Source: Myxococcota bacterium (lineage in GTDB: Bacteria > Myxococcota_A > SURF-8). Taken from it: DNA of 64,000 bases. The position numbers and the translations under genes are program-made. Position 1 is the first letter of the stretch, and every line of letters begins with the position of its first letter. Below are positions 10,189 to 20,800 of this stretch, piece by piece. The notes below the pieces were generated by a model. It was not told where the DNA came from. It searched no databases and was given only the letters and a program-made list of their open reading frames with translations. The stretch is from NCBI GenBank assembly GCA_963674735.2, contig CAXXQS010000002.1:2176001-2240000 (forward strand), in the 5' to 3' direction.

Positions 10189-11679
10189 CTAATCGGGCAG
10201 TGTGTTGAAACGCACCAGTTCTCGGGACGCACCTTTTAACCCCCACAGGCGTTGCTGGGAAGATTGATAGGCGACGCCATCGAGGACCACGCCCTGGATG
10301 ACGTAACGAGCTTTCGGTGCGAAATTGGTTTTATCGATCTTCACGAGGGTGCTTTTGCTTGCCGTTTCCGCACGGTCGAGCAGGTAGACATCACCCTCGA
10401 TTACCACGACACCCGCCAGTTCGATGAAATCGGAGAAAAGCTCCGTCTCAAAGGTCCAACTGTCATCGGCATAGGTATAATGCGCGAGCTGTTTGGTCCC
10501 GGCTTCCGCGATCCAGTAGTCGCCGTCGAGGAACGCGATGCCTGAAAGTTGCGATCCGAGGGTGCCCGGCAGACTGATGACGGAACTGGTGACCGGGTCT
10601 TCCACGATGCGGTTGGTTTGGTCGAGATAGACCGGATCGCCGCTGTCGCTGAAGGTTACACCCCGGTATTCATCCGACAGCCCCGCTCCCAGCGGATCGC
10701 CGCTGAAAGTGACGCCCGCCAGGAAATCCCAGATGACCAGGCCGTCGTCGGCGACCAGATAGAGCTTTTGGGGGTTGCTTGTGGTACGCCAGCCGATGTC
10801 GGTAAAGGTCATAGTGACCGGACTGGCCGCCGGTACGGAAATCGTGTCGCTGGGAGTGATGTTGTAAGTTGGAACAGTGCCGTTACTGTCACCGTCACTG
10901 TCGATATCGCCATCGCTATCGCCATCCGGGTCATCGCCGTCCGGATCGTCGCCATCGCTATCGCCGTCGGGCATGGTCTGCAAGGTGATGTTATAATTGA
11001 AGGTTCCCGTATCATCGGCGTTTTTGCTGTCGAGGACAAGGTAGATGTCCTGGTCTTTTTCAGCTTCAAAAAAGACGGATTCCGCTTCATCGGCGGCGGC
11101 ATTATCAATCGCCCCATCGATGCAGGTGGCGGTGTCGTCGCAGGCGTCGAGCAGGTATACCAGTGCATCGAAACCGGTACCGGTGAAGCTGCCGAAGAGG
11201 GTGTCGCCCGCTTTCATGACCACGCGGATCACCACTTCTGGACCCAATCCCGATCCGGCGGTGGGTTCGCCGCCGTCATACTCGATATCGCCGTCGGCGA
11301 AGACGCAAGGTAGGCCGCTGACCGCACTGCCGGTTTCCGGCAGATCGTCTTCATTTTGCATGCTCGATGCGCGGCCCTCACTGTGAAGGAAGGGATCGCT
11401 GCAGGTGCCCGAACCGGTGAGGACATCGGGAACCTCTTCACTATCTCCATCGGATGGAGTGTCCCCGTCTACGGATACATCGCCATCGGGTCTAGGGGGC
11501 GCGACAATGTCGTCGCCATCGCTATCGGGGATGTTGGGATCGCTTTCAGCCGGGATGCATTCTCCGGCGAATTCCCGTTCACCTTCCGGACAGCCTCCGT
11601 CTTTGCAACTGATGGCCAGCACCGTCAACAGTCCCAGCGTGAGTACCGTTACCGTCACTCCCACGAGATAACGACGCAT
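10189..11679 (-). CDS. Lipoprotein with DGD-rich linkers, PPC-like beta-sandwich and C-terminal beta-propeller-like region
   Basis: Lipobox LAISC; GPEVV...FDALVYLLDAC...IYLVLDS (PPC-like); DGDSDGDDPDGDDPDGDSDGD linker; SGIAFLDGDYW-type blades. Confidence 0.75.
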   Translation of the reverse strand: MRRYLVGVTVTVLTLGLLTVLAISCKDGGCPEGEREFAGECIPAESDPNIPDSDGDDIVAPPRPDGDVSVDGDTPSDGDSEEVPDVLTGSGTCSDPFLHSEGRASSMQNEDDLPETGSAVSGLPCVFADGDIEYDGGEPTAGSGLGPEVVIRVVMKAGDTLFGSFTGTGFDALVYLLDACDDTATCIDGAIDNAAADEAESVFFEAEKDQDIYLVLDSKNADDTGTFNYNITLQTMPDGDSDGDDPDGDDPDGDSDGDIDSDGDSNGTVPTYNITPSDTISVPAASPVTMTFTDIGWRTTSNPQKLYLVADDGLVIWDFLAGVTFSGDPLGAGLSDEYRGVTFSDSGDPVYLDQTNRIVEDPVTSSVISLPGTLGSQLSGIAFLDGDYWIAEAGTKQLAHYTYADDSWTFETELFSDFIELAGVVVIEGDVYLLDRAETASKSTLVKIDKTNFAPKARYVIQGVVLDGVAYQSSQQRLWGLKGASRELVRFNTLPD

Positions 11680-11702
11680 GGTTTCCCTCCTTGTCGTCCG
11701 TG

Positions 11703-12158
11703 TCAGCTGACGCTTAGATCGCCGGACAGTTTTTCGATGGTATCTTTGGCACGATGAACCAGTACACGCACCAGAAGCTCTTTCACTTTCGGATAGCGGT
11801 TCAAAATCTCGGTGATACCAGGCTCCTGGAATTTCACCAGGGTGGAATCTTCCGTGGTTGTGACGGTCGCCGTGCGCGGTTCACCCGTGAGCAGCGCCAC
11901 TTCACCCAGTACCGCACCACGGCCCAAATTGGCCAGATTGACCGTTTTGCCATCCTTCGCTGCAGACACTTTCACCGAACCCTTGATCAGGATGTAGAAG
12001 GAATCTCCTTCGGTGTTTTCTTCGATGATGGTTGTACCGGCCGGATAGGCCATGGCTTTACCAAGCGCCTCCAACTCATTACGTCCGCCTTCATCGAGAG
12101 TTTTGAATAAATGCGAACGTTCCAGCAACTGTCGGACCAGGGTGCTGCCATCTGCCAT
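11703..12158 (-). CDS. Stand-alone cyclic nucleotide-binding domain protein
   Basis: IIEE...GDSFYILIKGSVKV...GEVALLTGEPRTATV phosphate-binding cassette; no HTH. Confidence 0.9.
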   Translation of the reverse strand: MADGSTLVRQLLERSHLFKTLDEGGRNELEALGKAMAYPAGTTIIEENTEGDSFYILIKGSVKVSAAKDGKTVNLANLGRGAVLGEVALLTGEPRTATVTTTEDSTLVKFQEPGITEILNRYPKVKELLVRVLVHRAKDTIEKLSGDLSVS

Positions 12159-12205
12159 GTCACCACCTCCGCCTGTGAGGGTTCGGGCCTGCTGCGGCAG
12201 ACCAT

Positions 12206-13399
12206 TTAACGTGTTTGCTCAACTGCCTTTTTTACCCGTGCGAGGCCGTCTTCGATGCGGTCGAGGCCGCAGGCGAAGGAAAAGCGCAGAAAACCGGGCG
12301 CGCCGAATGGGGAACCCGGCACACAGGCTGTCTGGGCGGCGTCGAGCAAGTATTCCGCCCATTCCATATCGCCGTCCAGCGCCTTGCCCTCGGTTTTTCG
12401 ATCGAGCAAGCCGCGCCAGTCGGCAAAACAGTAAAAAGCGCCCGGCGGCGATTCGCAGCGGACACCTTCGATATTATTGAGCAATTCCACCATACGGTCG
12501 CGGCGCGTCTGAAAGGCGGCAACCCATTCCCCAAGTTGGGGTAGGGGTTGTCCGAGGGCTTCGACGGCGGCATACTGGGCAATCGAGGTGGGATGGCTGG
12601 TCATCTGACCTTGCAGGCGGGTGACAGCCTTGGCCAATTCCGGTTCGGCGGCCAGATAGCCGATACGCCAGCCGGTCATGGAGGCGCATTTGGAAACGCC
12701 GTTCGTGACGATGCATTGCGTGCGTACCGCATCGGATATTTGCGACAGCGAGACGAATTCCCGGCTGTCGTAGATCAGTTTCTCGTAAATATCGTCGCAA
12801 ATAACCATCAAGCCGGCTTCCAACACCACCTCGGCCAGGGCTTCCATCTCGGCACGGCTGTAAAGCTGGCCGGTGGGGTTGGACGGGCTGTTGAGAATGA
12901 GTACACGAGAGCGCGGGGTGAGGGCTTGTCTCAGATCGTCGGGAGTCATGCGGAAACCATTTTCAGGCGTGGTTTCCACAATCACCGGCACACCGTCGCA
13001 CAATTCGACCTGGGGCGGGTAGCTTACCCAATAAGGCGCCGGAATCAGAACCTCGTCGCCGGGATCGACCAAGGCGGCCAGAGCCAGATAAATGCTGTGT
13101 TTGGCACCGCAGGATACCACGACCTGTTCAGGTAAAACGCTGAAGCCGTAATCTTCTTTGAAGCGTTTGCAAATGGCTGCACGTAGCTCCGGGATGCCCG
13201 GAGTCGGAGTATATTTGGTGAATCCGTTGGCTATAGCCTGTCGAGCCGCCTCACAAATGGGTTCGGGTGTGGGGAAATCCGGCTCTCCGGCAGAAAAATT
13301 GACGACATCGATGCCGTCGGCACGCATGCTTTTCGCTTTGGTGCTGACGGCCAGAGTCGCGGAAGGCTGCACGCGTCGGGCGCGTTGGCTCAGCTTCAT
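12206..13399 (-). CDS. aspC: Aspartate aminotransferase (class I PLP)
   Basis: GEPDFPTP, TKYT...GIPELR, PYWVSY, NSPSNPTG, DDIYE, SK..SMTGWRIG. Confidence 0.9.
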   Translation of the reverse strand: MKLSQRARRVQPSATLAVSTKAKSMRADGIDVVNFSAGEPDFPTPEPICEAARQAIANGFTKYTPTPGIPELRAAICKRFKEDYGFSVLPEQVVVSCGAKHSIYLALAALVDPGDEVLIPAPYWVSYPPQVELCDGVPVIVETTPENGFRMTPDDLRQALTPRSRVLILNSPSNPTGQLYSRAEMEALAEVVLEAGLMVICDDIYEKLIYDSREFVSLSQISDAVRTQCIVTNGVSKCASMTGWRIGYLAAEPELAKAVTRLQGQMTSHPTSIAQYAAVEALGQPLPQLGEWVAAFQTRRDRMVELLNNIEGVRCESPPGAFYCFADWRGLLDRKTEGKALDGDMEWAEYLLDAAQTACVPGSPFGAPGFLRFSFACGLDRIEDGLARVKKAVEQTR

Positions 13400-13446
13400 G
13401 GTAAATCCTTTCCGGATCGTAACCGACTGTCGGTCAACTCATTGAA

Positions 13447-13947
13447 TCAACGACTGAATTTCTTTGTCAGTTCCTTCACGACATACGGAGGAACCAAGCC
13501 TTTTACGCAGCCGCCCAGTGAGAAGACTTCTTTGACTGTCTGGGAGCTGATGTAGTAATTGGCCTCGTCGGTCATCATGAACATCATTTCCACATCGGGG
13601 CAGAGCTTGCGGTTCATGCTGGCCATCTGAAATTCGTATTCGAAATCGCTGACAGCACGGAGTCCACGCACGATCACCTTTGCCTTTTTTTTCAAAGCAT
13701 ATTCGATCGTTAGCCCCGTAAAGTGTTCCGCTTTCACCCGCTTGGCATCTTCGGGTGGCAATTCTCGTTGGACCACCTTCTGAATCATTTTCACCCGTTC
13801 TTCGGGAGAAAAAAGCGGCTGTTTTTTACTGTTCACCGCTACGGAGACAATCACACGGTTGAAAATGTTGAGCGACCGTTTGATGATATCCAGGTGCCCA
13901 TTGGTCAAAGGATCGAAACTTCCAGGGTAGATGCAGGTTCTTACCAT
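13447..13947 (-). CDS. coaD: Pantetheine-phosphate adenylyltransferase
   Basis: YPGSFDPLTNGHLDII, RGLRAVSDFEYE, ISSQTVKEV; start at ATG 13947. Confidence 0.97.
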   Translation of the reverse strand: MVRTCIYPGSFDPLTNGHLDIIKRSLNIFNRVIVSVAVNSKKQPLFSPEERVKMIQKVVQRELPPEDAKRVKAEHFTGLTIEYALKKKAKVIVRGLRAVSDFEYEFQMASMNRKLCPDVEMMFMMTDEANYYISSQTVKEVFSLGGCVKGLVPPYVVKELTKKFSR

Positions 13948-13967
13948 CCGTTTCCTCGTCGCGTAAA

Positions 13968-14519
13968 TCAGCGTTTCAGTTCGAGAATTCGCAGGATCGT
14001 ATGTCCATATCGGCGATGGTCGATCATCGTCCAGAAACCATCCGGTATTTCCGGCGCATTTTCCGCCGGGCACTCCCATATGAGGCGCGCCTGGTCGGTC
14101 AGTATGTCGTGCCACAGGGGCTGGGTTAAAAGAGCCTCTGTGTCGTAGCGCCGGTAAGGTGGATCGAGAAATGCCAGATCGAAGCGTAAATCCGCCGTTT
14201 TGGCGTGCGCCAGTGCGCGCCCGGCATCCTGTTTCCACATTTGCGACTGCGTTTCGACCTTCAATAACTCGACATTGCGTCGCACCAAGCCCAACGCGTC
14301 CGTACTTACATCGACGAAAAGCGCCTGTTGTGCTCCACGGCTCAAAGCTTCCAAACCCAACGCACCCGTCCCCGCAAACAAATCCAACACCGTTAATCCG
14401 GCAAGTGGACCAAGCAGGTTGAACAGCGCTTCGCGCACCCGGTCGGAGGTGGGGCGTATGCTATCACCTTTCGGCTGAAACAGCTTTCGCCCGCGCGCCG
14501 CACCCGCAATGATTCGCAC
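13968..14519 (-). CDS. rsmD: 16S rRNA m2G966 methyltransferase
   Basis: MRIIAG..RGRKL, RPTSDRVREALFN, LDLFAGTGALGLEALSRGA, DPPY; GGAGG SD; conserved rsmD-coaD order. Confidence 0.96.
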   Translation of the reverse strand: MRIIAGAARGRKLFQPKGDSIRPTSDRVREALFNLLGPLAGLTVLDLFAGTGALGLEALSRGAQQALFVDVSTDALGLVRRNVELLKVETQSQMWKQDAGRALAHAKTADLRFDLAFLDPPYRRYDTEALLTQPLWHDILTDQARLIWECPAENAPEIPDGFWTMIDHRRYGHTILRILELKR

Positions 14520-14726
14520 GGTCTTTCCTCCAATACCAGATTCACCGTCGAATGGGACGAGAATTCACTAAATCACATCTTTCTAGCATAGGTGCCGGGT
14601 GAGTGTCAATGTACAGCACAATCCATGGCAAACCGGCAATATTATTAGCTAAATATTTTCGCCCAATGTCCGTCTTAATAAGTGGAGCTAAAATAACGAT
14701 AAAATATTCGGAAGCGTGCAATGCGA

Positions 14727-14756
14727 TTGACCCGGTATTGCCGGGAATGGTAAAAT
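14727..14756 (+). promoter_or_regulatory. Sigma70-type promoter of the giant lipoprotein gene with a palindrome in the spacer
   Basis: TTGACC-N18-TAAAAT with extended TG; CCCGG-TATTG-CCGGG dyad at 14731-14745. Confidence 0.55.
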
Positions 14757-14877
14757 GCAGGTGCTGAGGGAAGCAGTAAAAACATGAGTCTGGAGTTTCA
14801 CCGAGATACCCATGGGCCGGGGTGTTGAGGTGGAGTTGTATTTTTTGGAAAAGTCAACGCTTCGTGAGGAGGAGACC

Positions 14878-17800
14878 ATGGTGTCTCGTACAAAGATGTT
14901 CAGGCAGGATTTTTTGTGGGTCATTCTGAGTTTCTTGATGACCTTGATTCTGGCCTCTTGTGGCGACAACGGTCCAATCGGCGGAGAATTCGGCGATGAT
15001 GACTCGAATGCAGGGAAGACCTGCGACAGCGCCGATGATTGCGGAGACGGTTATCTCTGTGTCGACAACCGTTGTGTCAACATCGGCGATGGCGACATCG
15101 ACCCCGACAGCAAAATTCTCTGCGATAATGAGGAAGACTGTCCGCTCGGTTTCTACTGCGGCGACGATGGCGAGTGCCATTTGAAAGACACGTTTTCCTG
15201 CACGGATGGCGAATGCCCGGTCGGTTTCACCTGTATCGAAGATCAGTGCATCGAAACCGGCGAAACCTATCCTTGTGCGACCAGTGATGATTGCCCTCCC
15301 GGGTCGATCTGTCGAAATGGTTGGTGTTGGGGCGTTCCCATCGACGGCGATTCCGATAGTTCGGAAGACTCGGATAGCGATCAGTCTTTCGGACCGCAGA
15401 TCAGTGTACTGGATACCATCGATTTCGGCGCCGTTCCGTTGAATATGCGTGTGGTGCGCACCCTGCAAATCGTTTCGGTGGGTACCGAATCCTTGATGGT
15501 TTACAGCGTCATCCTCGATGGCTCCTCGGACGATGATTATCGGATCCTGAACGCCCCGAGTACGACCCAGGAACTGGCGCCGGGCGATACCCTCGATATC
15601 GTTATCGAGTTGATTCCCGAGATACCGGGACGGCGCGTGGGTAAGATCATCGTGACCTCCAACGATGTGGAAACCAACACCGTCGAGGTACAGCTGACCA
15701 GCCAGTATAAAGGCGAAGCGAATATCGTGGCCGATCCGATGGAAGTGGAATTCGGTCAGGCCGTCCTGAATGGGGCTGCCGTCCGGCGCGAAGTGGTTAT
15801 CAAGAACCAGCCGCCGGATACGGAATCCAACCGTGTTTTGGAAATATACAGCATCACCCTCGGTACACCTGCGAATCCGAACTTCACCATCGAGCTCGAA
15901 GCCTCCGATTTTCCCATCATTATCGGCCCGGGTGACGCCAATGCCTTTACCTTCTCCATTCTCTTTCACCCGACGACCGTAGACGCTCACAGCGAAGTGG
16001 CCGTCATCGCCAATTCGGATCCGCAAGAAGAAGATCGGGAAATCCAGGTGGTGCTATCGGGTGAAGGTGTGGTGCCGCAACTGGAAGTGACTCCCATCGG
16101 TACGATCAATTTCGGGTTGGTTTCGCTCGAAAGTACGGAAAGTCGCGAAATCGTCCTGACCAACATCGGTGGCGCACCCCTGAATATCGAGGACGTGCGT
16201 TTTTACGATCCCATCGACGAGACTTTCTCCCTGGAAGCCGATTCCGCGATCGGTGAAGAGCTGACTTCCGGTGGGAGTGCGATCGTGACGGTGAGTTATG
16301 CGCCGACCGATACGGTGAGTAATGTGACGAATCTGCTTATTGCCAGCAATTCATATAATAGCGCCGAGCGTATCATTCGCGTGGATGGTCGGGGTATCGA
16401 ATCGGATATCCGTGCGGTGCCGCCCTACCTGGACTTCCAAGATGTTCCCGTGGGTGCGAGCAAGGATTTGTCGGTGAGTATTCGCAATGAAGGCGACGAT
16501 GCCCTTAATGTGACGGCCATCCAGGCAGAAGTCGAGCTGGCCGAATTTACGCTGGTCAACGTCGATGATATCCCCCTGCACCTCGAACCGGGCCAGGCGA
16601 GTTCCCTGACCTTCCGCTATCAGCCTGAAGATGAAGGGCCCGATGCCGGTGACTTGGTTCTGACGGTCAGTCTCGGATCGGGCAGCTATGAGTTGCCGGT
16701 TTCGGGGCGTGGCGTCATGCCGCATCTGATCTGGGAGCCGACCGGGCAAGACGTCGCTTTCGGCGATGTGATTGTGGGGTCGAGCCGCACCTTACAGCTC
16801 ACCTTGCGAAATACCGGTTTGAGCGATCTTGAAATTTTCAATGTGCGCATGGACCCCGATCCGCAGAACAACTTTGCCGTTCTTCCCACCGACGACGCCA
16901 TGGTGATTCCGGGGGGGGAATACGTGTTGAGCCTGCGTTACGCCCCACCTTTTGGCGCGACGGTAGGACCGGAAACCCAGCACCTCACTTTCAACACCAA
17001 TGACGTCGATTTCCCCGAAGTTGTTTTCAACCTCAGTGGCGCCGTGGTGGACCCGCAGTTGACTCTTGATCCGTCGGATAGTCCATACGATTTCGGTGAA
17101 GTCGATGTGGGAACGGAAAAAACGGTCGTGTTTATCGTGTCCAACAGCGGTAGCGGTACCCTCGAAATCGGCGGCATCGGCATGCCGCCCTCCAGCGAGC
17201 AGAACGGATATACCCTCAACGTCGATCCGGCCGATTTTCCGGTGCTTTTAGAGCCTGGAAGCCGGGCCACCCAATACGCCTTTAGCATTACCTTCTCGCC
17301 TCCCGGTTACAGCGTGCTAAACGGGGAAGTGACACTCTTCTCCAACGACAGCCGCCACCCCGACGGCTATGTTCTCAGTCTGACCGGCGAAGGAACCGGT
17401 TGCGGCGAGGGATATCATCGTTGCGAAGTGTGTGAAGGCCAGGAATGCGAAGATCTCTGTGTACCGGACAATTCGGTTGAAAGTTGTGGAACTCGATGCG
17501 AGTCCTGTCCCGAACCTGATTTCTCGCAGGCCCTGTGTGTCTGGAGCGAGGATGAGGGGCAGTATGCCTGCGATTTCCAGTGCGATCCCAATTACGTTCC
17601 CTACGAAGGGGTCTGCAAGCAGGCCGGTCAGCCCGACTGTTGCGGTGATGCCTGTCTCGTGTGTCCCGATCCGCCCGACAATGCCAGCACTCAATGCCTT
17701 GACGGCGAGTGCGTGTTCGTCTGTGACAACACGTGGCATCTATGCGCCGACAATCAGTGCTACCCCGACAGCGATGTCACGCATTGCGGTGAGGACTGCA

Positions 17801-20800
17801 TGTCCTGCCAGATTCCCGATAACGGCGAAACTTATTGCGTTGAGGGTGCCTGTACCCCGGTATGCGATAGCAGCCACCATTTCTGTGAAGATGGCAATTG
17901 CTATGCCGATAACGATATCACCCATTGCGGCGATGAATGCCAAACATGCGCCGTCCCGGTGGGTGGTCAGGCGTTGTGTATCGAAGGGTTGTGTGTCAAG
18001 GAATGTCCCGAGGGTCAGCACTTGTGTAACGACAACACCTGCTACGATGACGATGACACGATGCATTGCGGCGATGCCTGTCTCGTGTGTCGCGTCCCGC
18101 AAGACGGTGAAGCGCTGTGTGTCGGCGGTGAGTGTCGCCCCATATGTAACGAGAGTTATCATGCCTGTGGCGACGACTGCTACCCGGGCGACGATCCGTT
18201 GCATTGCGGCGACAACTGCGATGTGTGTCCCGTCCCGACCAACGGCGAAGCCATCTGCCAGGAAGGGCAATGCCGACGGGTTTGCAATGAGAATTTCCAT
18301 ATCTGCGACGATGGAAACTGCTACAGCGCCGATGATATCCTGCACTGCGGACTCGATTGCGAAATCTGCGATGCACCCTCCAACGGCTACGCTTTGTGTC
18401 TCGGCAATGCCTGCGAGCAGTTCTGCGATATGGCTCACCACGTTTGCGAAGACGGCAATTGCTATCGAGACACCGACATCACGCATTGTGGCGACGATTG
18501 TCAGGTGTGTGCGGTACCCGTCAATGGACGTGCCTTCTGCGTGGGTGGTGTGTGCGTGCAGGATTGCCAGGTTGGCTTCCACATGTGCGATGACGGTCAG
18601 TGTTATGCCAACGGCGATCTGGATCATTGCGGTCCCAACTGTGTGAAATGCGACCAGCCCGACAACGGCTATGCGCTTTGCACCGATCAGGGCGCGTGCG
18701 CCCAGTTGTGCAATACCGAGCACCATATGTGTGCCGACGGCGATTGCTATCCCGACACCGATGTCACGCATTGCGGCGGCGGGTGCGTCACCTGTCCGGT
18801 CCCGGCTGGCGGTTTTTCCCAATGTGTGAGCGGGTTCTGCGAGCGTAGCTGCTATGCGGGCGATCACATCTGCCCGCAGGATCAGAACTGCTATCCCAAC
18901 AACGATGTCACCCATTGCGGGGTCGATTGCGAGGTGTGTCCCAAACCGCAGAACGGCTATTCCATCTGCGATGGCCAGTGCAACGCCTTCTGTAACTCGG
19001 GCTATCATGCCTGCGACGATGGGCAGTGCTACCGCAATGACGACCTTACCCATTGCGGTGAGGACTGTGAGGTCTGTACCGCTCCCACCAATGGCTATGC
19101 GCTTTGTGTGGGCGACGAATGTCAAACCTTCTGTAATCCGAGTTACCATGCCTGCGATGATGGTCAATGCTACCCCGATAGCGACACCAAGCATTGCGGT
19201 CCCGATTGCGTGAGCTGTCCGCTTCCGCAAAATGGGTCGGCTTACTGTGTGGATGGGGAGTGTCTGGAAGTCTGTAACCCCAATTACCACCAGTGTACCG
19301 AGCATGCCGATTGGCCGGACGATTACAACTGCTATCGCAACGACGACACCACTCATTGCGGTCCGATTTGCGACACATGCCCGGTACCGCAGAACGGGAC
19401 ATCATCCTGTGTCGGTGATCAGTGCATCACCAACTGCAATGAGAGCTACCATACCTGTGACGATGGCAACTGCTACCGGGTGGACGATATCACCCACTGC
19501 GGTCCCGATTGTCTAAGCTGCGATGAGCCCAACAACGGGTATGCTCTGTGTCTGAATGAAACCTGTGAAACCTACTGCGATCCGGGCCACCACTTGTGCG
19601 ATGACGGCAACTGTTACAGCAACTTCGATCTCACCCATTGCGGGGATGATTGTGAGGTATGCGAAACGGTGCCCAATGGCTCTACAACCTGTTCCAATGG
19701 CGAATGCCAGTTGGCTTGTCTGAATGGCTACCACCAATGTGAGGATGGCGACAGCACCACCTGTGAGTCGAATGCCGATGCAACGGCTTGCGGCGACGAC
19801 TGCCTGGTTTGCGAAGTGCCCCAGGGCGGTTCGGCTACCTGCGTTAATGGTGACTGTGGGACGTCCTGCCCGACCAATACCCATTTGTGCGGTGCGGTGG
19901 GTTCTCTCGCTTGTCGTGGCAATGACGATGCGGCGGCTTGTGGAGAAACCTGCGAAATCTGTCCGGCACCGGTAGATGGGACGGCGACTTGCAACAACGG
20001 TTTGTGCGGCACCGCCTGCCCGGAGAATTGGCATTTGTGCGGTAACCAGTGTTATCCGAACACCGATGCCGATCATTGTGGAGCCACGTGTGAGACCTGT
20101 CCCGCTCCGGTTGATGGTTCGGCCACCTGTGTCAACGGTTTGTGCGGCACGACCTGCCCGACCAACTGGCATCTGTGCGGGAATCAGTGTTACCCGAACA
20201 CCGATGCCGATCATTGCGGCGATGCTTGTACCGACTGCCCGCCGCCGACCGGCGGTTCGGCTACGTGCGTCAACGGCGAATGTGGGACGGCGTGTCCGGC
20301 CAACCAGCATTTGTGTGACAATGCCTGCTACGGCAACAGCGATGCCGATCATTGCGGCGATACCTGTACCGACTGTGCGGTTCCCAACGGCGGTTCGGCG
20401 GTTTGCCTTAACGGTGAATGCAGTAAGGTCTGCCCGTCCAACCAGCATCTCTGCGACAACACCTGCTATGCCGACAACGATGCCGATCATTGCGGCGATG
20501 CCTGCCTCGATTGCGAAGCGCCGGTCAGCGGTACGGTGACGTGTTCCAACGGTGACTGTTCCAGTCAGTGTCCCGCGAACTACCACCTGTGCGAGAGCGC
20601 CGGGGTCGAGTATTGCTATCCCAACGACGATATTGCCCATTGTGGCGCGGGGTGTCTGCCCTGCGAGTCGCCGGTGGATGGCTCGGCGGTCTGCCTCAAC
20701 GGCAGTTGCCAAATGACCTGTGCGGCCAGTTGGCACATCTGTCATGTTGGTCCCGCTCCCAACGATTTCCAATGTTTCCCCAGTTCCGATGCCAATCACT

